From the NCBI GenBank assembly GCA_918797485.1, contig CAKKNE010000003.1:868001-932000 (forward strand): a stretch of 64,000 nt of DNA. The letters run 5' to 3'. This document shows positions 21,931 through 31,413 of the stretch, in pieces; within the stretch, counting starts at the first letter, position 1, and every line of letters begins with the position of its first letter. The DNA is from Pelagomonas calceolata (taxonomy: Eukaryota). The translations under genes and the position numbers were made by a program. Below the pieces are notes generated by a model. The model was not told the origin of the DNA, made no database searches, and saw only the letters and a program-made list of their open reading frames with translations.

Positions 21931-22124
21931 TCAATTCACGGAGGCTGTGTTTGCAGTTTGCAGAGCGGGCCACAGCGATTGACGCCACACCCTAGACCAA
22001 GGTTCGCGAAGACTCGATAGTGCTGCGACGCCGACGGAGCATTTCTGCGCGCATAGCAACGCGTCAGCAGCTCTTGCACAAGCACTGCAGCCTCAGCATC
22101 ACTTGATTACGCGGACGCGCAGCC

Positions 22125-23204
22125 ATGCGCCTGTACGCTCCACTCCTCCTCGCGAGCACCACGACAGCCTTAAGTGGCGGCTTCGGCGGCGCCGCGAAGA
22201 CGAAAAAGAAGAAGAAAAACACCACACCCTTAGTGGAAGAGTCGGAAGCCTACGCGAAGCTGAGAAAGTGGGCCATCGATGGAGGCGCGACGCTCGACGG
22301 CGTGCGCGAGAGCAACGGCGCCTTAGTGGCGACGAAAGATGTCAAAAAGAACGGCGTCCTAGCGACTCTGCCGTCGGACCTAGCCTTAGCGTTATGCGAC
22401 CCCGACGAGGACGAGGCGGACCACGCGGCCTGTGCCAAGAATTTCTACGAGTTTAAGTACGAGGACCAGTTCGGCGACTACGTGGCCACGTTGCCGGACG
22501 CGCCGCCTTCACCAGTAGCGTGGTCCGCCGACGAGGTCGAAGCCTTGAAGTGGCCGCCTTTGATTGAGGAGGTCCAGGCGCGGAAGAAACGAGTTGATGA
22601 GGTGGCATCAGAAGCGTCGCTTCCCGCAGATAAGGTAGAGCGCCTCGCCGCGATCGCGGCGTCGCGCGCGTACGAAATTCATTTGGACAAGAAGGCCGAC
22701 TTGACCGAAGAAGAACGGAAAGAAGTCGAGGGCGCGGCCCAGATGTCCACAAAGGTCATCCGGTTGCTCCTACCCTTCTTCGACAGCGCGGCGCGCGCAT
22801 CTTCTCCCTCGTGCAAGGTCGAGGTCAAGGACCCGAAGAAGGACGACTCGACGTTTGTGTTGAAGGCCCAGAAGGCTCTGGCTGAAGGCGACGCCGTCAC
22901 CGTGCCCTACAACATCGGCGTGACTACTACTGCCGATGTCTTGTTGAATCATGGCGCTGTGCCCGCGTCGCGATTGGACGGCTCGTCGTACGCTGACGCG
23001 CGTCTGCTGGCGCGGCATCCGGATACGGATATCCCTGGCTCGCCTGCGGACGATCGGGCGGTGGCCGACGATTCATCAGCTTCTGAACCGTCGCGCGAGG
23101 CCGCTAGATTACGACTGTCCCTGAAGAACGCGAAGACGAACAAGAAGCACACGTCCTTCTTCAAGGCCATCAAGGCCGGCGGGCGCATCGGGGCGCAGAA
23201 GTAA
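22125..23204 (+). CDS. Plastid-targeted SET-domain protein (Rubisco LSMT-like, degenerate)
   Basis: Signal peptide then GGFGG; ALVATKDVKKNGVL, WSADEVEAL, SRAY, LLPFFD, GDAVTVPY, LLNHG. Confidence 0.75.
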   Translation: MRLYAPLLLASTTTALSGGFGGAAKTKKKKKNTTPLVEESEAYAKLRKWAIDGGATLDGVRESNGALVATKDVKKNGVLATLPSDLALALCDPDEDEADHAACAKNFYEFKYEDQFGDYVATLPDAPPSPVAWSADEVEALKWPPLIEEVQARKKRVDEVASEASLPADKVERLAAIAASRAYEIHLDKKADLTEEERKEVEGAAQMSTKVIRLLLPFFDSAARASSPSCKVEVKDPKKDDSTFVLKAQKALAEGDAVTVPYNIGVTTTADVLLNHGAVPASRLDGSSYADARLLARHPDTDIPGSPADDRAVADDSSASEPSREAARLRLSLKNAKTNKKHTSFFKAIKAGGRIGAQK

Positions 23205-23234
23205 GTAGTTTAGTTACTCGCGGCGATGGCGTGC

Positions 23235-24653
23235 TCATGGCTCCGGCGTCTCGCGGGCGCGGAGCGCGGCTCGCGCGGCTCGCAAACACTGCTCAATCCC
23301 CGTCGTGAGTGGATGCACGCCGCCGAGCACGCGCCGCGCGGTCCGTTCCGTTTCCTCGAGCGTTTTCACGGCCTCGCGGAGATCATCGAGCGTGGCGCCG
23401 TCGGCCTTGTAGAGCGCCTCCGCGCAATTCCACCTCATCCTGAGCGTGGTTTCATTACTATCTCCAAGAATGCGTCGCGCCACCGGTTGTGTTTTGCGCA
23501 ACAGTGTCTTGGCTTCTGCGAAGCGCTTGAGACTAAGAAGGGAATACGCGTAGTTGTTGGCTTCAATGAGGCTATCTCTGTGCTCATCGCCGTGGAGTTT
23601 CAAAGTTCCAGAATATACGTCTTCTCGCAGGCGCAGGGCCTGTTCCATCCGTCCATGCCTTGCATATGTAGTCGCAAGATTGCTCTGCGTGTTGAGAATG
23701 TTTTCTTCTGTCGTGTCAAGGCGCCGCCTCATAGCCAACTCGGCCTCCCTCACGGGCAACGCGTCATCATAGTGTGCCGCGGCGCTTAGACCGTTCCCAA
23801 GCACCTCTATCGCCAAGCGCCGAGGCCAGTCCGCCTCCGGCCGCCCCACGTACGTCTTCCAGCACGCCCATCCGAGCGCGCACGCCACGGCGCTGTGGTA
23901 CCATTGCTCGCACATGCTGCATTTGTCCCACCGTCGCCACTTAGTATTGAAATCCTTGTCGTCCAAATTGTTCTCTTGTGAGCCGAGCATGCTTTCTTCT
24001 GGTGCGCCAAATCGCCGCTTCAATGACAACTCGGCCTCTTGCACGGACAACGCTTCCTCGAGGCGCCTTGCTTCCAATAGACCATTCCCAAGAACACTCA
24101 TCGCCAAGCTGAGAAGTTCTCGGTCCGTCTCCTGCCGCCCCACGTACGTCTTCCAGCACGCCCACCCGAGCGCACAGCACACGACGCCGTGGTAATCCTG
24201 CTCGCACAAGCTGCACGTATCCCACCGCCTCCACCTCGTATTCGCCGCCTCGACGCCCAAATTATTCTCCTCGGCCTCCGCGAACAAAATCTTCGCCTGC
24301 TCCGCCAGACACGACACGTGCGCGAAGCCCGCCGTTCCACGACAAGAACACCCGCGCACGAGGCCCTCCTTTGTTTTCCAATGCAACGCTTGCGTGCAGA
24401 TGAAGCATGTCTGGCCCTTCGTGTCGTCCGCGCACGCCTCGACCGCGACCGCGACGGCCTCCTTGTATTTTTTGTCGGCGTGGTATTTTTCCGCGTTGCC
24501 GCCGCGGTGGATCCGTTTACAAATCTGCTTGTGGCCGCGTCGCCAGTGGTCATGTTGGCAAGTCGAGTCACAGTAGCGGGTCCAACATCTAACACAACGC
24601 GGCGCGTTGTGGGCCAGTGGGGCGGCGCAGGCGGCGCATGTTGTGAGGATCAT
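23235..24653 (-). CDS. MYND-RINGv-TPR family copy 2, intact ORF with internal ~98-aa duplication
   Basis: MYND CAAC..CVRC..YCDSTCQHDHW..HKQIC; RING-CH CFIC...GCSCRG..FAHVSCL...CSLC; kinesin-light-chain-like TPRs (ARRILGDSNETTL). Confidence 0.9.
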   Translation of the reverse strand: MILTTCAACAAPLAHNAPRCVRCWTRYCDSTCQHDHWRRGHKQICKRIHRGGNAEKYHADKKYKEAVAVAVEACADDTKGQTCFICTQALHWKTKEGLVRGCSCRGTAGFAHVSCLAEQAKILFAEAEENNLGVEAANTRWRRWDTCSLCEQDYHGVVCCALGWACWKTYVGRQETDRELLSLAMSVLGNGLLEARRLEEALSVQEAELSLKRRFGAPEESMLGSQENNLDDKDFNTKWRRWDKCSMCEQWYHSAVACALGWACWKTYVGRPEADWPRRLAIEVLGNGLSAAAHYDDALPVREAELAMRRRLDTTEENILNTQSNLATTYARHGRMEQALRLREDVYSGTLKLHGDEHRDSLIEANNYAYSLLSLKRFAEAKTLLRKTQPVARRILGDSNETTLRMRWNCAEALYKADGATLDDLREAVKTLEETERTARRVLGGVHPLTTGIEQCLRAARAALRARETPEP

Positions 24654-24715
24654 TTTGCGTTGGCGTGATGCGGATGAGGGTCGCGTTGGGTCGATAGTGA
24701 ATTGCTTGGTGAATT

Positions 24716-24738
24716 GCTAGTGTCTTACATGCCGCTAG
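24716..24738 (+). promoter_or_regulatory. CTAG bipartite upstream motif (gctagtgtcttacatgccgctag)
   Basis: Consensus match between divergent starts 24653 and 24889. Confidence 0.7.
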
Positions 24739-24888
24739 TTAATCGCTCCCGGTGCTTCCTGCGCCGAACCACAGCGCGCGCACCGCCGCAGCACTCAAAG
24801 CGGGACTAGCAGGCTACAGTCCTTGCTCTTCTGCCGTTTCCGCACACCTGCGGCCTTCGAACACATCGATTTTACCTACCGGGTCAGC

Positions 24889-26427
24889 ATGGCCGCCACC
24901 AGAGCGCTACTGTTCCTTGCGCTGGCTGCGGGCGACCCCTCGCCGACCGTGCGGCCGACCATAAAGGCGACGCCACGCCCGGTTGCGGCTCCTACGACGC
25001 CGCGCCCTGTCGCGCCTCCCACAACGGCGCGGCCGACCGTAACGGCGCGGCCGACCGTGAAAGCGACCCCCCGCCCTGTCGCGCCTCCCACAACGGCGCG
25101 GCCGACCGTAACGGCGCGGCCGACCGTGAAAGCGACGCCGCGTCCGGTCGCCGCGCCGACGACGTTAAAACCCTCAGCACCTCCGACGACGGCGCGGCCG
25201 ACAGTCAAAGCTACGCCGCGCCCGGTTCCGCCGCCGACGACGCCGCGGCCCGTGGCGGCGCCGACGACGCTGCGCCCCACGATCAAGCCGACGGCCAAGG
25301 AAACCGCGCGGCCGACGCCTAGACCAGTTCAGACCGCCAAGCCGACGGTCAAGACGCCCGGCCCGACGCTCCTCCCGACGGCCCATTTCGATGGAGTCCA
25401 CCAGACCGATTCTACGATACGACCGGCCGTCAAGCTCTGGCTCGAAGACAACGAGGCCGCGTTGCACAAGTACGGGAACATCGAGGACTGGGACGTCTCG
25501 CAAGTCACGGATCTGTCGTACTTGTTCTGCGTGCGCCAGAAGGAGATGGAGGGCGACAAGCACTACAAGCACTGCGTCTTACCTGTTTACGCCAGAACCT
25601 TCGACTTTGATCTAAGCAGATGGGACACGTCGCGCGTCACGTCCATGCGCGGCACGTTCTCGTTCGCCCAAGGGTTTAATCAACCTCTCAATAATTGGCG
25701 CACATCCAGCGTGACGGACATGGACGAGATGTTCAGTGGCAAAGTGAGTGATCAGGAGGCGACGGGCTTCAACCAGCCCATAGAGAATTGGGACGTCTCC
25801 CATGTAAAGACGATGGAGCGCATGTTCAAGGACGCGGCCGTGTTCAACCAGCCCCTTAACAAGTGGAGCACGTCGTCCGTGACTTCATTGCAGGAGACCT
25901 TTAAAGATGCCGTGTCTTTTAATCAGCCGTTGCCCTGGGACGTTTCTCTTGTGACGAACGCGGCGGGCATCTTTCGGGATGCGGCTTCGTTTGACCAGGA
26001 CTTGGGATGGTGCCTCGCTTCAGGTGTAAACTTAGGCCTGGCCTTCTCGATGGCGCCCTGCGAATCTACAAGTTGCGGCGTCCAGGTCTTTCCGAACTGT
26101 ACTACTTCGCAGTCTCATCACCACCACGCCAAGAAGACAAACGAGGGCCCGTCGGCGGGCCGCGTCTTCCTGATCCTCTTCCTCGTCCTCATCGGTGCGT
26201 GGCTGCTGGTGCGGTGCTATTTCGTGTATGAAAGATCGCAGTCCCAACCGGTGATTGATGCCATGGAAGCGGAAGCCAGGGACTGCTACCGGCGCTACTC
26301 GAACGTCGCGTCGGACGTGGTGGCCTTCGTCCAGGAGCGCTGGGCGGCGTTGATGGGGCAGGAGGACGCGGGCGAGGGGCCGGCCTACGAGCTGCTCGAC
26401 GGCGGGAACTCGCCGGACGGGCTCTAG
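24889..26427 (+). CDS. Type I membrane surface protein: Pro/Thr stalk + DUF285 (PARCEL/BspA-like) repeats + TM
   Basis: Signal peptide; TPRPVAAPT repeats; FNQPLNNWRTSSVTDMDEMF-type repeats; TM VFLILFLVLIGAWLLV. Confidence 0.9.
   Translation: MAATRALLFLALAAGDPSPTVRPTIKATPRPVAAPTTPRPVAPPTTARPTVTARPTVKATPRPVAPPTTARPTVTARPTVKATPRPVAAPTTLKPSAPPTTARPTVKATPRPVPPPTTPRPVAAPTTLRPTIKPTAKETARPTPRPVQTAKPTVKTPGPTLLPTAHFDGVHQTDSTIRPAVKLWLEDNEAALHKYGNIEDWDVSQVTDLSYLFCVRQKEMEGDKHYKHCVLPVYARTFDFDLSRWDTSRVTSMRGTFSFAQGFNQPLNNWRTSSVTDMDEMFSGKVSDQEATGFNQPIENWDVSHVKTMERMFKDAAVFNQPLNKWSTSSVTSLQETFKDAVSFNQPLPWDVSLVTNAAGIFRDAASFDQDLGWCLASGVNLGLAFSMAPCESTSCGVQVFPNCTTSQSHHHHAKKTNEGPSAGRVFLILFLVLIGAWLLVRCYFVYERSQSQPVIDAMEAEARDCYRRYSNVASDVVAFVQERWAALMGQEDAGEGPAYELLDGGNSPDGL
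25003..25136 (+). repeat. 69-bp-period coding tandem duplication in the Pro/Thr stalk
   Basis: cgccctgtcgcgcctcccacaacggcgcggccgaccgtaacggcgcggccgaccgtgaaagcgac starts at 25003 and 25072. Confidence 0.9.
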
Positions 26428-26530
26428 TCGACGGCGTCAACGCGGCCGCCCTTTGTATCTATCCTATCCCTGTGATATCCCTCCCGAAGTAAGGACGATC
26501 ATCGTAGAGAATAGTACATAGACCGCATTA

Positions 26531-27592
26531 TTACGTGCCCGGTTTCTTGGACCCCCGGGATCGCGCCTTCGCAGGCGCTTTTGCCCTTGCGGGCGCGGGC
26601 GCGGCGGCAGGCTTCCGACGTGCGGGCGCCGGCGCCGGCGCCCGACGAGCGGCAGCACCTTTTGCGGGCGATTTGCGGCGCGCCGGCGCCGGCGCAGGTG
26701 ACTCCTCCGGCAGGGTGCCGAGCGCCCGCGCCGCGTCGCCGCTCCTCAACCACGCCGCGGCGTCGTTCTCACCATTCTCAGGAGGAGCGCCGCCCCAGAA
26801 CCGTTGCAACTCACCGTCGCGCCGCTTCTCCGCTTCGAGTAATGTAGCCTCGAGCTCCTCCTGGGCGATGGCGTCCTCCTTCGCGTCGTCGGCACTTCTC
26901 GAGGTCCGCCGCGGGTTGACGTCGTCGGCCCCGAACCCGCTCAGGTCCACCTGCGGCCCGCCCTCCCAGCGCCGTCGCTGCTCGTTGAACGTCATCGAGA
27001 GGTCGCCGGCGGACCAGCTCGCCGCGCGCCGCGGTCTGAGTGAGGGCGCGGCGAGGCCCGCGACGGCCGCCGCGAGCTGATCTTCATCCAAACCGGCGTG
27101 CGGGTCCTCGGACACATTGTTTTCCGTGTGCCGCGATAGGATCGGAGACAGCTCGTCGACGGACTCCAACCGGCCGGGGCGCTCGGGCGTCGCCACGCGC
27201 TCGACCCACGTCCGGCCCGCGAGCTGGCGGAGGAACGGCGTCGCGTAGGCGTCGCCGACGGCCGCCGGCGCCGTCGCGCGGCGCCGCGGCGCGGGTGCTG
27301 GTGGTGGAGGTGTCGGCGGCGGCGGCGGCTCATCGTCCCCGGTTTCCGAGAAGCCGGCCGTCGAGGGCGTCGGCGGCGTTAATGGCGTCGACGGCGTGGC
27401 AGGTGGTGCTGGTGCCGGTGCTCGTCGCCTCGTCGTGGTCGCCGCTGGTGCTGGCGCTGGAGCGCGCCGTCGTGTCGTCGCTGCCGCGGGCGCCGGCGCC
27501 GCCGCTCGCCCAGCGCGTCGTCGTGTTGATGATGCCGCGGGTGCTGGTGCAGCGCCCGCGCGCCGCGCTCGGCTCGGTGCTGCCGGGGCCAT
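26531..27592 (-). CDS. Low-complexity Pro/Ala/Arg-rich protein with a short core motif (MTFNEQRRRWEGG)
   Basis: First ATG at 27592; open frame with protein-like core flanked by PAPAPA repeats. Confidence 0.6.
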   Translation of the reverse strand: MAPAAPSRARRAGAAPAPAASSTRRRAGRAAAPAPAAATTRRRAPAPAPAATTTRRRAPAPAPPATPSTPLTPPTPSTAGFSETGDDEPPPPPTPPPPAPAPRRRATAPAAVGDAYATPFLRQLAGRTWVERVATPERPGRLESVDELSPILSRHTENNVSEDPHAGLDEDQLAAAVAGLAAPSLRPRRAASWSAGDLSMTFNEQRRRWEGGPQVDLSGFGADDVNPRRTSRSADDAKEDAIAQEELEATLLEAEKRRDGELQRFWGGAPPENGENDAAAWLRSGDAARALGTLPEESPAPAPARRKSPAKGAAARRAPAPAPARRKPAAAPAPARAKAPAKARSRGSKKPGT

Positions 27593-27739
27593 AGGACTGC
27601 ACTGCTGGCTCGCGGCACCGGCGCTCGTTCGGATATGCTGTATGGCTTCGACCGACCACTGGTGGAGTGCTAACGCTGCCGAGAAGCTCTCCTGCTCCCC
27701 AGGGGCGGCCAAAATAGCCAGGCGCCTCTCGTGCGTGAA

Positions 27740-27762
27740 CTAGCGTCGCGTAACACACTAGC
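27740..27762 (-). promoter_or_regulatory. CTAG bipartite upstream motif (ctagcgtcgcgtaacacactagc)
   Basis: Between divergent starts 27592 and 27944. Confidence 0.65.
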
Positions 27763-27943
27763 AAGCTTTTTTTTTCAGCCAAAACGTGCGTAAACGCGGC
27801 AAAGAGGTGTCAACACGCGCGTTGACAAGCTATCGATCGAGACGATGGCCAGCCCACGACGAAAGAGAAAGTGCCGCGCTCCACTGCTCAATAGCGGCTG
27901 CCACAACTAAACACAGTGTGCAGCAGCGGCGTGAAACATAACA

Positions 27944-30208
27944 ATGCTCCAGTACTGCCGCCTCGCCACGCCGCCCGACGAAGAAGTCACCGCCCTCGCG
28001 CCGCACGACAAAAAAGTCGCGCTCGGCACTGCGCGCGGCACGGTCTGGATCTTAGATGAATTGGCCGGCGCTTTGAGTCCAGGTGTGAGGATCGAGGCCC
28101 ACACTGGTTCTATAAGAGATGTCGCCTGGGACGCTGCTGGCATGTTCCTAGGGAGCTGCGGCGGGAATAGTATAAGTGTGCACGGCCGCAAACACGCCGA
28201 CGATCTGGACGCGAGCAGCTGGGAGAAGATTGACGAATCGAGCTGCGTCGGGGTCTCTTCCATCACTCTGGAACCGTTATATGGTGCTCCTTCCAAAGCA
28301 TTGTTCTGCGGCGACAGCACGGGACGCGTCGAAAGACGTAGCAAAGGATTAGTCTCAACAACAAGACAAACGGTGGACGACGGCGACGACGTCGAATGTA
28401 CGTTACTAAGTTGGGGCGACGCCTTCGTGGCCTGGCGCTGCGCGACGGGCGTCAAGCTCGCTCACGGTGACACCGCGACACCGGCAGCTTTTCTGGCGTG
28501 CGAGGGCGAAGGTAGCACTTCGTTGGCCTGGGATGCTTCGGGAGATTTGTGGGTGGCGCGCGGAGAGACGATACGACGGATATCTGTACAAGTGGACGGT
28601 TGGGACGACGAGGGCTTGCCCGTCACCTCAGCTAGCGTGACCAGTACTTTCCATATCGACGTCCTCGCTCTACAAATCGTGCCGCACGGCCCCGAGCACG
28701 TCGCCATTCTGTCCGACGAGGAATTACTAATAGTGGATCACTCTGGTGAAGTAGAGAGTGCTGATACATTACCGGTGCCGTGCGACCATTTAGTATCAAC
28801 ATCTGCAGAAAACTGGTCCCGTGAACAGTGGCGCACGCTCGGGTCGAAGCTCGAGGGCACGCCGCCCACGCTGTACCTGTACGGCGAGGCGGTGGTCACG
28901 TGTAGAGTCAGAGACGGCGACGACCTCGTAGATGTCTGTTTGGAGAAAGGCGACACGGCGAACGCTTTGAGGGTGGCGTCTTCGACAATGTTAGGGAGGC
29001 ACGACGTGCAGAACGTCGCATCCCAACACGTCGAGCACTTACTGACGAGCTCACCGGAGAAGGCCGCAAGTGTCTGCCACAGGTTCCTGCCTTTGACAGA
29101 ATGGATTTCTACGTTTGACGACCACGACCAGTTACTCTCGTTGGCCTTGCTCCTCCCGACCAAGAAAAAACTCGCACCTGACGTGTACGAGGACGTCCTT
29201 ACGCGACTCTCAGCAAAGAATGGAGCCGCTTTATTAACTGTAATAAGGACCTGGGGGACCCATGAACCGCCGTTGTACGACGCTTCGAACGTAGCCGACC
29301 GCATTCCTACAGAACACGTGGAAGCGCGGGCCGAGTTGTTCGTTTTGGCCAAGCGGCCGGAAAAAGCTCTAGACTGCCTGTTAGACGTCCAAGGCACGTC
29401 CATCGCACCGGACGCCATCCAGAGATTAGTCGCGGACCACGGCTTGTTTGATGAGGTTGCTCGTAATGCTTCGCGGTTCGTCCGGGCGGCGCGTTCTGCG
29501 GCTTCTCTACTGTTCGTGTCTCATGTTGATGTCCTACCTATCGACGAGATGGGCGAACAGCTCGACGGGGAAGACCTGGCCTGGTACCTACAGCTGTGCT
29601 TCGAGCACAAACTGTTGGATGCTCCGGAGCTATCGAGGTGGCACGATATGTATGTCGAGCTCCACACGGACCTGTCAGATTTTTTGAGGGCGTCGTCGTT
29701 GTATGATAAAGAAAAAGCTCTTCAGAGATGTATGCAACTACAAAAGTGGAGGGACGCCGCCTATTTACTAGGATGTTTGAACCGCGAGGACGACGCCATC
29801 TCACTGCTACTCAAACATAACGACCTCGACGGCGCGGCGCGGCACGCCGCATCGTCCGAGGAGGCGCTGGTGGCCTTTTCTGAGCGCGCGACGGTGCGGC
29901 CCGATTTAATTGCTGCTGCTTTGGACGCTGCCGCGGACGGCTGCGAGCTCGACCTGCCGCGCGTCCTCGCATCTACACAAAGTGGAATGGAGGTGCCTGA
30001 TCTACGAAAGAGGTATATAGGCGCTTTGCAGGCCAAGCGCCTCGACGCCGCTTTGTTAGACGCGGCGGCCGCGTGCGCTTCCAGAGATGAGACGCTCGCG
30101 CTCGAAAGGAAGCTGCACGTGGCCCAGCGCGGCGTGCTCATGGAGCCGCCCCACGAGTTCGATGAGGACGGGAACATCATCATTGAGAGGAGGGATAGAT
30201 ATTACTAA
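27944..30208 (+). CDS. VPS41: Vacuolar protein sorting 41 (HOPS subunit)
   Basis: LQYCRL start, VALGTARGTVWILD, AWRCATGVK propeller, then LAPDVYEDVL..LLTVIRTW..LYD and FLRAS.LYD.EKAL..C clathrin-type repeat. Confidence 0.8.
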   Translation: MLQYCRLATPPDEEVTALAPHDKKVALGTARGTVWILDELAGALSPGVRIEAHTGSIRDVAWDAAGMFLGSCGGNSISVHGRKHADDLDASSWEKIDESSCVGVSSITLEPLYGAPSKALFCGDSTGRVERRSKGLVSTTRQTVDDGDDVECTLLSWGDAFVAWRCATGVKLAHGDTATPAAFLACEGEGSTSLAWDASGDLWVARGETIRRISVQVDGWDDEGLPVTSASVTSTFHIDVLALQIVPHGPEHVAILSDEELLIVDHSGEVESADTLPVPCDHLVSTSAENWSREQWRTLGSKLEGTPPTLYLYGEAVVTCRVRDGDDLVDVCLEKGDTANALRVASSTMLGRHDVQNVASQHVEHLLTSSPEKAASVCHRFLPLTEWISTFDDHDQLLSLALLLPTKKKLAPDVYEDVLTRLSAKNGAALLTVIRTWGTHEPPLYDASNVADRIPTEHVEARAELFVLAKRPEKALDCLLDVQGTSIAPDAIQRLVADHGLFDEVARNASRFVRAARSAASLLFVSHVDVLPIDEMGEQLDGEDLAWYLQLCFEHKLLDAPELSRWHDMYVELHTDLSDFLRASSLYDKEKALQRCMQLQKWRDAAYLLGCLNREDDAISLLLKHNDLDGAARHAASSEEALVAFSERATVRPDLIAAALDAAADGCELDLPRVLASTQSGMEVPDLRKRYIGALQAKRLDAALLDAAAACASRDETLALERKLHVAQRGVLMEPPHEFDEDGNIIIERRDRYY

Positions 30209-30858
30209 GTGTTGTCTGTTAGCCACCGGTCCCGAGCTCTCAGTAGTCGATCCTCGACCGCGGCCATCTCGGCGAACTCGTCTTCCGTCTCGTGGTCGTA
30301 GTTCAGCAGATGGCAGAGCCCGTGGATCACTAATAACTGAATGCGGTCGTCGATAGCTGTCAGGTGCTCCATGGCGTGCGCGACGCCCGGGCCCTCATTC
30401 CGTGAACCGGCCTTGGCAGCTTTGCGCGCGACGTAGGCCACGGAGACGACCATGTCGCCCAGATTGAGCTCGTCCTCGTCGCTCGCGTCGACTTCTGTAG
30501 GTGCGGTGCCGGGGCTCAATTCGTCATGAAAAGGAAAGCTCAGGATGTCCGTGCTCCGTCGAACCCCTCGGAACTGCGTGTTCAGTTTGCGCACGGTCGC
30601 GTCCGTCGTCAGCCAGAGCCCCACGTCGAAGGCGCCACAATTTAATGTTGCGAGGAGGTGGCGCGTCAGCTTCTCGAGGCGGTCGACGTCGACGGCGTGC
30701 GAGCGCTGCGTGTTGCGGATCAAGACCGTTCCTTCTCTTGTTGCGGTCGCGAACAGTGCTGCTCGTCGCAACGGTGCACTTTTGCTGACTCTTGCGCCGC
30801 GCAGCAGGGCGCGCGCGGCGGGCGCTCCGAGCAGCAACATCGCTGTGAGGCAGTGCAT
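30205..30858 (-). CDS. ybeY: Organelle-targeted endoribonuclease YbeY
   Basis: VRKLNTQFRG..TDILSFP, LGDMVVS, HGLCHLLNYDHE (H3XH5XH); N-terminal signal ARA|LL. Confidence 0.95.
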   Translation of the reverse strand: MHCLTAMLLLGAPAARALLRGARVSKSAPLRRAALFATATREGTVLIRNTQRSHAVDVDRLEKLTRHLLATLNCGAFDVGLWLTTDATVRKLNTQFRGVRRSTDILSFPFHDELSPGTAPTEVDASDEDELNLGDMVVSVAYVARKAAKAGSRNEGPGVAHAMEHLTAIDDRIQLLVIHGLCHLLNYDHETEDEFAEMAAVEDRLLRARDRWLTDNT

Positions 30859-30999
30859 GCGCTGCTAGTCGTCGATTGTTGTGCGGATGCTTGCGCGGTT
30901 GCGATGCTAGTGATCGATGATGACGAATGATGGCGTTTCGTGCCGATTCTCCGCTTCTACTGCCTTTCTACAGCTGCAAGCAATCACAGCGCCTGGCTT

Positions 31000-31023
31000 G
31001 CTAGTGTCTTACAGGCCGCTAGC
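31000..31023 (+). promoter_or_regulatory. CTAG bipartite upstream motif (gctagtgtcttacaggccgctagc)
   Basis: Consensus match between divergent starts 30858 and 31103. Confidence 0.7.
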
Positions 31024-31102
31024 TCGCGAAGTTTAGGAACGGAGTTACGACAACTCAACTACGCGCGACCGGGCGGATTAACGACCCAGGGTCGTATTCT
31101 AG

Positions 31103-31407
31103 ATGGGTAGAGCGGGGAGTCAAAAACAGAAGTGTATAACACAGCGCGAACTTGGGCAGAGCCTTGGCAAAGAGAGCGACTATTGGAAACGAAAGCGCAA
31201 GGAGCGGATCAATCAGCCGCCGTCCACACTAAACGTAGACGTCCACGGCATCCTCTTCGCAGTCGTCGCGGTCTGTGCATTTATAAATCAAATTTCGCGG
31301 CGCGCCCACTGCTGAATCATGACCTCCACGCCATCGACGCGACGCCCGCACAGGTCGCGATCGTTTTTGTCGTCTACCCGTTAGCACAGTGGGCCCTCAG
31401 TCTCTAA
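31103..31407 (+). CDS. Small single-pass membrane protein; exons 31103-31264 and 31354-31407
   Basis: Splicing the introner gives ...KRKRKERINQPPSTLNVDVHGILFAV|VAIVFVVYPLAQWALSL*. A paralogous segment lies at 33911-33991. Confidence 0.55.
31265..31361 (+). mobile_element. Degenerate introner element (intron 31265-31353)
   Basis: TSD GTCGCGGT (31265-72) / GTCGCGAT (31354-61); ends CTGTGC...GCACAG; shares aaatcaaatttcg and ccacgccatcgacgcgacg with the 31767 element. Confidence 0.75.
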
Positions 31408-31413
31408 AACACG

